A DNA stretch of 64,000 nt from Candidatus Nomurabacteria bacterium. Its GTDB lineage: Bacteria > Patescibacteriota > Minisyncoccia > Phycocordibacterales > UBA918. The translations under genes were made by a program, and so were the position numbers. Each line of letters begins with the position of its first letter. Position 1 is the stretch's first letter. The DNA lies in the NCBI GenBank assembly GCA_023898585.1, contig CP060229.1:526763-590762 (forward strand), read 5' to 3'. Below, one piece after another: positions 39,850-47,221 of this stretch. The notes under the pieces are model-generated. The model did no database searches. It saw only the letters and a list, made by a program, of their open reading frames with translations, and was not told the origin of the DNA.

Positions 39850-41835
39850 ATGAATAAAAATTTTAAGTTTTTGATCGTAGCAGTTTTACTACTTCTTATC
39901 ACACCCAAGTTTAGTGAAGCTTCCACACAGACAATCATTGTTTATGCTGGATCAGGTGATGGACAAGTCGGGATAGGGGAAACTGAGAATCAGACTACTT
40001 GGTCGGATGCTCGTTCTTATGAAGGGATAGTGACTTATACCCTCCAAGATACGGAAAATACCAATTCTGCTCGTTCGGATGTTGTTTCAGGTTCCTATCG
40101 TTTGTATAGGGGAAGTATTCCTTTTGACACGAGTGTTATCCCTGATGATGCTGAAATTGAAAACGTCACCTTAAATCTTTATGGCCAGGGAAACAATGGT
40201 AGTCAGGGAGGTGCCAAAGCTTGTATAACCTCTCATGTGAGGCAGGATATCGCAGATATAGTAGGTAGTGATTATCACATTGATAATTTTGGCACGATAG
40301 AATTTTCTGTACCATCAATACTAACCTCCAATCAATACACTACTTTTCATTTGAATAATGCTGGAATAAGTAACATAAATCTATCAGGCAATTCAGTATT
40401 TGGTGTACGTACTAATTATGATTGTGATGATACAGATCCAGGATCTGGAGTGAAAGCGGTTAATTGGTACTCTTCCGAATATGAAGGCAATGACTTCGAC
40501 CCCTATCTGGAAATTGAATATACGATCCCAGACACTGAGGATGAATACCCTCTCTACACCCAAATCGAATCACCATATCCGTCTCTCGCCGAGACTGCCG
40601 GGTGGGCTGACGATACATACGCGAGCGGAGACGCGTACTGCGGTGGTACTATCGCCAAATGTGGTTGCGCTATTACTTCTTTGGTCATGATGGCTCGCGC
40701 CAATGGAATCACGAAGGGAGTGGACGATTCCGATGTTAATCCCGGTAATTTCAACAGTTGGTTGATTGATAATAAGGGGTACACTCATGGCGCGGTTAAC
40801 TGGACTACGGCGCTTCAATATTTTGGTACCGAGAATGAAGACGAAACCATAAATGTTCCCATTAAACTAAGTAAGCACAACCAGTCGAGCACGACACTAA
40901 TCAAAGCATCAGCCTCTTCCGAGGGTGAGTATGTGGTTGGATTTTCAACAAAAGTACCGGGTGGGCATTATTTTGTAATTTCCGATTACATAGAAGATGA
41001 TTACATAGTGCGCGATCCTTGGTACTACAACACCAAGACGTTAGATGATGTTGTAAGTAGTACGAGTGTTAAAGTTAAGGATTATGACAACGTTATCAAT
41101 AAAGCCAATATCTTTTCATTGAATGACCCTAAGGTTTTAACCGGAGTTATCGAAATCGCTTTGGCTTCTCCTGCTGAATTGAGACTCGAAGATAAGGATG
41201 AGAAAATTACCGGGTACGACTCGGGTGGTGTTGTGGCTAATATCCCCTCAAGTAGCTACGATCAAAATGAATCAATTGGAGACCCAGACGATCCAGAGGC
41301 TGGTTTGAACACTCATTACGTGAAGCGGTTGATGGTTCTTGAGGCTTCAGAAAAATACGGGTTGGAAGTTGTTGGGTTAGACACAGGACCTTACACACTG
41401 GGTATAACGGTATTTGATGTTGCGGGCCACCATCATTACTTTGAGTATAAAGGAGTTACTTATGAGGGTAAGGTCGATCGCTTTGTGATCGATGTTGAGA
41501 CCGGCGAGATAAGACCAAAAGGGGATGATGAAGATGATGAAAATGACGATGATGATGATGAAGAAGATGACGACGGTGATCGGGATCGTGGTGATAAAGA
41601 TAAAAGACACCACAAGTTGCTAAAGAAGTGGCTGGGTAAAATTGAAAGGGAACTGCAGAAAGGAAAGTATCGACAAGCAAAGGCTCATGTGAGAACTTTT
41701 CATAAGTTGTTGAAAGCAAAGAAAGTCGATGGTGATTATTGGCATTCTGCCTTGCATGAGATACTGTCTGATTATGAAATAGAAAAGAAAGGGGAGAGAT
41801 ATGACGAAAGGGGTAAGTCCAGGAGGGATGATTAG
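39850..41835 (+). CDS. Secreted protein with a C39-like (Peptidase_C39_2 / papain-fold) cysteine peptidase domain and a poly-acidic/basic C-terminal tail
   Basis: Signal peptide MNKNFKFLIVAVLLLLITPKFSEAS. Cys motif AKCGCAITSLVMMARANGI resembles the DCGxAxLxM motif of C39 peptidases. The downstream His-box GGHYFVISDY...VRDPWY fits the catalytic His-Asp. Tail is DDEDDENDDDDDEEDDDGDRDRGDKDKRHHK. Confidence 0.5.
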   Translation: MNKNFKFLIVAVLLLLITPKFSEASTQTIIVYAGSGDGQVGIGETENQTTWSDARSYEGIVTYTLQDTENTNSARSDVVSGSYRLYRGSIPFDTSVIPDDAEIENVTLNLYGQGNNGSQGGAKACITSHVRQDIADIVGSDYHIDNFGTIEFSVPSILTSNQYTTFHLNNAGISNINLSGNSVFGVRTNYDCDDTDPGSGVKAVNWYSSEYEGNDFDPYLEIEYTIPDTEDEYPLYTQIESPYPSLAETAGWADDTYASGDAYCGGTIAKCGCAITSLVMMARANGITKGVDDSDVNPGNFNSWLIDNKGYTHGAVNWTTALQYFGTENEDETINVPIKLSKHNQSSTTLIKASASSEGEYVVGFSTKVPGGHYFVISDYIEDDYIVRDPWYYNTKTLDDVVSSTSVKVKDYDNVINKANIFSLNDPKVLTGVIEIALASPAELRLEDKDEKITGYDSGGVVANIPSSSYDQNESIGDPDDPEAGLNTHYVKRLMVLEASEKYGLEVVGLDTGPYTLGITVFDVAGHHHYFEYKGVTYEGKVDRFVIDVETGEIRPKGDDEDDENDDDDDEEDDDGDRDRGDKDKRHHKLLKKWLGKIERELQKGKYRQAKAHVRTFHKLLKAKKVDGDYWHSALHEILSDYEIEKKGERYDERGKSRRDD

Positions 41836-41867
41836 AAGGTTGGGTTGAGAGGTGGGTTATTGAACAA

Positions 41868-41902
41868 AAGACACCGGCGCGCGAAGCGCGCCGGTGTCTT
41901 TT
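41868..41902 (+). terminator. Rho-independent terminator
   Basis: Perfect GC-rich hairpin aagacaccggcgcgc-gaa-gcgcgccggtgtctt followed by TT. Confidence 0.65.
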
Positions 41903-41981
41903 ATGTAGAATTAAGATTTTCAACATCAATCCCACACTTAATCGAGATTATCTTTGGCTCAGAAATTTAAAAATCTACCCT

Positions 41982-42734
41982 TTGAATGATACAATGCACA
42001 GCATGAAAACATTAAAAGAACATTTTATCGGGTACGTGGTTCGGGAGGCTGTAAAAAAAGCGTCCAAGGGTCATGTTCCTCGGATTATGGATTTGGGTTG
42101 TGGCACAGCTGTTTATGTGCCGTCTTTGAAGGCCAAGTTTCCTGATTTTGAGTACGTAGGTGTTGAACCGATAGCTGAATCTTTCAGGGAAGCGGAAAAA
42201 AATTTGGCCGACATCCCAAAGGCGAAAGTCCATTTTCAACTCGGATACGATGAAATCCCCGATGAAATTGAAGGCTCGTTCGACTTGGTTTTTTCGCTCA
42301 GTGTACTCGAGCATATAAAGCATCTCGATCGTTTCATAGCGCTCAGTGCCAAGTATGTGAAATCGGGCGGAATAGTCGTCCATCGTTACGACTTGGGTCA
42401 TGCACTTCACCCACACTCGCTGAAAGAAAAATTACACGTAATGCTAGGCAATAAGCTACCGAGCGTATTGCCTGAGAGGCAGTTCGTTCGTTATGTAGGG
42501 GAACCGGAGGTGCGAAGTCTGTATGAGAGATACGGCTTGAAGCCGGTAAATACCACTTACCACCAGATGCCGAACCATAAGCACTTGGAAAAATTCTTTA
42601 GAACCACCAACTCTGCGATAATTGACGATCTTTTTGATTGGGAAATCAAGCACCAGTCTGAATTCAAGAAAATCGAAACAAAGGAGAGAGAACGACTTTT
42701 TCCGGCTGTCGCGGTTTGGGGAGAAAAAAACTAG
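41982..42734 (+). CDS. Class I SAM-dependent methyltransferase
   Basis: Motif I IMDLGCGTAVYVPSL. Post-I VGVEP. Motif VKSGGIVV. Confidence 0.7.
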   Translation: MNDTMHSMKTLKEHFIGYVVREAVKKASKGHVPRIMDLGCGTAVYVPSLKAKFPDFEYVGVEPIAESFREAEKNLADIPKAKVHFQLGYDEIPDEIEGSFDLVFSLSVLEHIKHLDRFIALSAKYVKSGGIVVHRYDLGHALHPHSLKEKLHVMLGNKLPSVLPERQFVRYVGEPEVRSLYERYGLKPVNTTYHQMPNHKHLEKFFRTTNSAIIDDLFDWEIKHQSEFKKIETKERERLFPAVAVWGEKN

Positions 42735-42804
42735 AGCATGTCCAAAAACCCTCCGAGCTCCAAAGGTTTGCAAAATATTAGAGAAGAATTTACTCTTTTG
42801 TGTA

Positions 42805-42842
42805 GGGTTTTGGGACATGCTCTAGAGCATGTCCCAAAACCC
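42805..42842. repeat. 38-nt perfect palindrome (gggttttgggacatgctctagagcatgtcccaaaaccc) with an extra half-site copy at 42731-42752
   Basis: Read directly. The sequence equals its own reverse complement, centred on TCTAGA. The half-site ctagagcatgtccaaaaaccct recurs about 75 nt upstream. Confidence 0.8.
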
Positions 42843-43197
42843 CCAATTTCTGCGTTGTCTACATCTCGGCAGGCTCATCGTATGTCCATATACACCTCAC
42901 CTGCCTCGATTTGACGTCTTGAAATTGTGAGTTTTGAAGACATGCTCTTTATCTACTGCGATGTTAAACAATTATACCGCTGGGCTGTACAGGGTTTTCA
43001 GGCACCCTCTAGAAACAACTTTCTATACCTAAATTATTTCTGCCCGTCTAGAGATTGACGTGGCTTCCCGCGTGGTATAGTGACGCTTATGTGAATTGTA
43101 TCGCTCTCCGGCTGGATTCTCTCGGTAATTGGGAAGGGATATAATGAAGCGTACGTATGAAAGAATCACAGGGTTTAGCAGTTAATTTTTTAATAGA

Positions 43198-45426
43198 ATG
43201 AAAGATATTTCAAAAGCGATAGTGTACGCGGGTTTGTTTCTAGTGCCCATGCTCACTCTTTATGTGGAAAATAATTATTTTTTCCCCTTTATTACCGGTA
43301 AGAATTTTTGGTTTAGAATAATCGTAGATATAGTTTTTGCTTCTTGGGTAATCTTGGCTCTTTATGAAGTCAAATACCGTCCGAAAATATCTGGCATAGT
43401 CTGGAGTTTTGGGGCGCTTCTCGTGATCATGTTTTTTGCTAACTTGTTCGGCTTACACCCCAGTTCAAGTTTTTGGAGCAACTTCGAACGCATGGATGGT
43501 TACGTCTCACTCTTGCACACCTTCATGTACATGCTCGTTCTTGGGAGTATGCTTTCTGTCGAAAAACACTGGAAATATTTCCTCAACACCTCTCTCGTAA
43601 TCGCGTTCATGGTCGCTTTCTACGGTCTCGCTCAGTACGGCGGTTTTATAGACGGGAGCAGTCGTATCGACAGTCGTCTTGGTAACGCCGCTTACATGGC
43701 TATTTACATGCTCTTTCATATCTTCATCGCATTTTGGCTTTTTGTGGAATCGCGTAATGTCATGCACAAGGTAATTTATGGTCTCCTTTCCGCGATGTTC
43801 ACTTTTGTCTTGATTGAAACAGGTACCAGAGGTACGACAATCGGTCTTATCGTCGGCATTATGGTGATGTCAGCCTACATTGGATTTTTCGGAACGCAGT
43901 TCAAAGAATATCGCAAATACGCCATCGGCGGTTTTGTTGTCTTGTTTATCGCCATCGGTGCGTTTATCGTCGCTCGTGATTCTGCTTTTATTCAAAACAG
44001 CCCCAACCTGGCTCGTATCGCCAATATCTCAGTCGATGATCTCAAAATCAGAAGTATTATCTGGGGTATGGCTTGGGAAGGAGTAAAGGAAAGACCTCTG
44101 TTGGGATATGGTCAAAGTAACTTCAATTACGTCTTTAACGAAAAATACGACCCGCGTCTCTATGGTCAAGAACAGTGGTTCGACCGCTCACACAATATCT
44201 TTATGGACTGGCTAGTGACCGGCGGTTTCTTAGGTCTCATCGTCTACCTCAGCATTTTCGGCTGGTGTGTCTATTATCTCTTGATCCGTCCCATATTAGA
44301 TAAGGACGACAATTCATTTACAGTGATGGAAAGAGGTGTTTTGCTCGGTATTTTAGCCGGGTATTTCACTCACAACCTCGTGGTCTTCGATAACATAATC
44401 AGTTACATATTCTTTGCGATAATTCTTGGTCTCATCAACTCTCGGGTGGGTATCATTCCTTTGAAACTCACAAATTTAAAAGTCGATAAATTGATCATTA
44501 ACCAATTCGCCACGCCGGTTATGGTTGTCGCTTTAATTGCCAGTATTTACACTTTTCATGTCCCGGGCATGCAGGCGGCCGGTGACATAATAGACGCCTT
44601 TCGTGCGGAAGATCCAGGGGCGAGATTGGAAGCTTTCCAGCGTGCTATCGCCAGAGATTCATTCGCGCACCAAGAAATAACTGAGCAATTGTCTCAGCAA
44701 TCCATGAGCATGGTTCGCAATCCACAGGCTAGTGAAGAAGTGAAAAAAGCTTTCACCAATGAAGCCGAAACACAGCTAATGCGTTTAGTCGAAGAAAAAC
44801 CCGGTGACGCTCGCATTCATGTTTTCATTGGCAGTTACTATCGCTCCGTCGGACAGTTGGATAAGGCTGAAGAGCAAATGGCGTTGGCGAGAAGTTATTC
44901 TCCAAACAAACAAGCCATCATCTCCCAACAAGGTTTCGTTGCTTTATCGAAGGGTGAAAATGAAGTGGCGAGAGATTATTTCAAAACAGCATTTGAATTA
45001 GATAAAAGAAACCTCGAAGCTCGTGAATACTACGCAGCGTCGCTCTTTTATGTAAATGACTCCGCCGGAGCAAGAGCCTTGATGGAATCTGAGGAAGGAG
45101 TTGATATTAGCAGTGATGATATTAAAAAAAGATTTGCCAAGAGCGATTTTCTTATCAGCTCAGCCAACCAGTTTGAGCAATTCTCCTTCGCCTCGGAACT
45201 GTTTGAGTATAGGGTCGGCGCAAAACCGGACCAGAGTCAAGACTGGGTCCATCAGCCACAGAACTGGGCCACTCTCGCTTACTTATATTACAAACAAGGC
45301 GAGAACGACATGGCTGTCTCCACCTTAAAGAGAGCCATTGAAGCGATTCCTGAATTCTCAGAAACCGCAAACTGCTTTGCTGACAACATTGAAAACGGAA
45401 GAGAACCACAAGAAAATTGTGAGTAA
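43198..45426 (+). CDS. O-antigen-ligase/polymerase (Wzy_C) domain membrane protein with C-terminal TPR repeats
   Basis: About 10-12 TM helices. Wzy_C-like periplasmic loop (IWGMAWEGVKERPLLGYGQSNFNYVF...HNIFMDWLVTGG). The C-terminal ~300 aa carry TPR-like repeats (e.g. RDYFKTAFELDKRNLEAREYYAASLFY). Confidence 0.7.
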   Translation: MKDISKAIVYAGLFLVPMLTLYVENNYFFPFITGKNFWFRIIVDIVFASWVILALYEVKYRPKISGIVWSFGALLVIMFFANLFGLHPSSSFWSNFERMDGYVSLLHTFMYMLVLGSMLSVEKHWKYFLNTSLVIAFMVAFYGLAQYGGFIDGSSRIDSRLGNAAYMAIYMLFHIFIAFWLFVESRNVMHKVIYGLLSAMFTFVLIETGTRGTTIGLIVGIMVMSAYIGFFGTQFKEYRKYAIGGFVVLFIAIGAFIVARDSAFIQNSPNLARIANISVDDLKIRSIIWGMAWEGVKERPLLGYGQSNFNYVFNEKYDPRLYGQEQWFDRSHNIFMDWLVTGGFLGLIVYLSIFGWCVYYLLIRPILDKDDNSFTVMERGVLLGILAGYFTHNLVVFDNIISYIFFAIILGLINSRVGIIPLKLTNLKVDKLIINQFATPVMVVALIASIYTFHVPGMQAAGDIIDAFRAEDPGARLEAFQRAIARDSFAHQEITEQLSQQSMSMVRNPQASEEVKKAFTNEAETQLMRLVEEKPGDARIHVFIGSYYRSVGQLDKAEEQMALARSYSPNKQAIISQQGFVALSKGENEVARDYFKTAFELDKRNLEAREYYAASLFYVNDSAGARALMESEEGVDISSDDIKKRFAKSDFLISSANQFEQFSFASELFEYRVGAKPDQSQDWVHQPQNWATLAYLYYKQGENDMAVSTLKRAIEAIPEFSETANCFADNIENGREPQENCE

Positions 45427-45428
45427 TC

Positions 45429-46517
45429 ATGTCACTGGAAGTGCAGAAAAAAATTTCTCTAGCAGACTACACCACCTTGAAAGTAGGTGGTGTTGCTCGT
45501 TATTTTGCGGTCGTGAAAAATGTCGATGAACTGTTGGAGGCTGTCAAATTTTCCGATTCTCAAAAAATCCCCATTCGAGTCCTGGGTTCCGGCTCCAATG
45601 TGCTCATTGCCGACGGAGAATTACCCTACTTATTTCTGAAGAATGAACTCAAAGGTGTTACTTACAAGGTTGTGAGTGAAGACAAAATACTGGTAAAGGC
45701 TTCAGCCGGCGAACCGTGGGATTCGTTCGTTGCTGACACGGTGGAAAAAAATTTGTCCGGACTCGAAAATCTTTCCGGTGTACCCGGTACGGTGGGGGCT
45801 AGTCCGATTCAGAATATCAATTGTTACGGTGCATCGGTGTCTGAGACAATCAAGACAGTCGAGGTTTTGAACACGGAAAACAAAAAGTTTTTTGAGCTCA
45901 GTGGTGAAGAGTGTAAATTCGGCTACCGCGATAGTATTTTCAAACATGAGGCTGGTGCCAATTTGATAGTTACCGCTGTAACCTTTGGCCTATCTACCAA
46001 CCGCAATAAAAATCTTTCTTACCAAAGCTCCTCGCAAAGCATTGAAAAATATCTTGCCAATCAAGGTATAGTTGAGCCGGCCGTGGCAGACATCAGACAG
46101 GCGGTACTGCAGGTGCGCAAAAACATTGGAATGCTGGAAGGGCAATTTCGTTCGGCCGGTTCTTTTTTTAAGAACACCATTGTGGAAAAAGAAGTTTTTT
46201 CTCGGATTGAAAAGATCGTTAACGACAGATATGAAGACTTGGATAAAAAATTCACCCCCTGGCATTGGTCATTACCGGATGGAAGAGAAAAAATTTCCAC
46301 AGCTTTCTTGCTTGAATGTTCTCCTTTTAATAAAACGACCTATGGAGTAAAAAGATGGAGAGATGTGGCCGGACTGTCACCACTCCATTCTTTGTCTATC
46401 GTGACTGAAGTAGACGCTAAGGCTGAAGACGTGAGGGATTTTGCTAAATTAATAACCGATTCGATCATGGAAATATTCGGCATAAGTCTGGAATCCGAAG
46501 TTAATTACATCAACTGA
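45429..46517 (+). CDS. murB: UDP-N-acetylenolpyruvoylglucosamine reductase MurB
   Basis: FAD-binding N-terminus LADYTTLKVGGVARYFAVVKNVDELLEAVKF...IPIRVLGSGSNVLI. Catalytic region GVPGTVGASPIQNINCYGASVSE. Confidence 0.85.
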   Translation: MSLEVQKKISLADYTTLKVGGVARYFAVVKNVDELLEAVKFSDSQKIPIRVLGSGSNVLIADGELPYLFLKNELKGVTYKVVSEDKILVKASAGEPWDSFVADTVEKNLSGLENLSGVPGTVGASPIQNINCYGASVSETIKTVEVLNTENKKFFELSGEECKFGYRDSIFKHEAGANLIVTAVTFGLSTNRNKNLSYQSSSQSIEKYLANQGIVEPAVADIRQAVLQVRKNIGMLEGQFRSAGSFFKNTIVEKEVFSRIEKIVNDRYEDLDKKFTPWHWSLPDGREKISTAFLLECSPFNKTTYGVKRWRDVAGLSPLHSLSIVTEVDAKAEDVRDFAKLITDSIMEIFGISLESEVNYIN

Positions 46518-46767
46518 AATCAGTTCCTTAGACAAATAATAAAAAATTTTTCGCATCAATAATTATCATTGTTTACATAAAATTTTTTAAATCATCACAC
46601 TAAAATTTTTTTATTATTCTTATCCACAATTTTTTTTTCATAAATGAATTGTGCTTCTATCAATAACACGTCATAATATGAGTAAGCAAAAATCTTCTCC
46701 CTTACTGTTCTTTGAAAAATGAGAAGGTGTTGCGGTCGATATTTATTCATCTATCTCATATTGTAAT

Positions 46768-46941
46768 ATGCCAGCAGCAAAAAAATCTGTTAAGAAGAAG
46801 GTTGCAAAAAAGGTTGTGAAAAAAGTGGCAAAGAAGACCACTAAAAAGCCAGCCAAAAAAGTTGCAAAGAAAGTTGCAAAAAAGGTTGCAAAGAAAGTAG
46901 TAAAGAAGACTGCAAAAAAGACCACAAAGAAAAAAAAGTAG
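46768..46941 (+). CDS. Lysine-rich histone-H1-like/nucleoid-associated basic protein (57 aa). It is below the 60-aa ORF-track cutoff and so not in the supplied track.
   Basis: Translation MPAAKKSVKKKVAKKVVKKVAKKTTKKPAKKVAKKVAKKVAKKVVKKTAKKTTKKKK. The DNA is a 12-nt tandem repeat (gttgcaaaRaaR). The ORF is followed by the palindrome gtctccgcggagac and a second hairpin. The only ORFs on the opposite strand are low-complexity antisense artefacts. Confidence 0.5.
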   Translation: MPAAKKSVKKKVAKKVVKKVAKKTTKKPAKKVAKKVAKKVAKKVVKKTAKKTTKKKK

Positions 46942-47051
46942 TCTCCGCGGAGACGGTTCGCCATCTCCGAGTTAAATTTGTCGCATGATCGCCCAAGATA
47001 GGGCGATTTTGCTTTGTGTTTACACGCAAATCCGTATATACTACGGCCACT

Positions 47052-47210
47052 ATGTCATTTTTGGATAGATTTTTAAGTGAACAAAGGAGCGGTAGCGACT
47101 ATTGTGAACTTACACAGGAAAATCGAGGTGAATTAGAGAACCAAAGGAGAATTCACCCGATTTTGTCGGGGGAGCGAAGGATTAGCAATTACGAATATGC
47201 TTTGACTTAA
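47052..47210 (+). other. Upstream ORF (52 codons). Its first 23 nt and 8 aa (MSFLDRFL) are an exact duplicate of the secA start.
   Basis: atgtcatttttggatagattttt occurs at 47052-47074 and again at 47222-47244. The uORF ends at TAA 47208-47210, 11 nt before the secA ATG. It contains the hairpin ggtgaatt-agagaaccaaaggag-aattcacc. Confidence 0.35.
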
Positions 47211-47221
47211 CCAACATCAGT

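Noticed and set aside
42456-42825. ORFs 42456..42818(-) and 42622..42825(+) spanning the palindrome
   Set aside because: They overlap the 3' end of the methyltransferase gene in antisense, or run through the perfect palindrome. They have no ribosome-binding site. They are most likely non-coding.
46743-47050. ORF-track minus-strand ORFs 46743..46964 and 46841..47050 (F/V/A-rich low-complexity translations)
   Set aside because: They are antisense read-throughs of the lysine-codon tandem repeat. The + strand gives a coherent K-rich protein with start and stop, followed by a hairpin. The antisense translations are poly-Phe/Val artefacts.
47081-47200. Hairpin ggtgaatt-N15-aattcacc upstream of secA considered as a riboswitch
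   Set aside because: I can match no known riboswitch consensus by eye. It is reported only as part of the secA leader finding.
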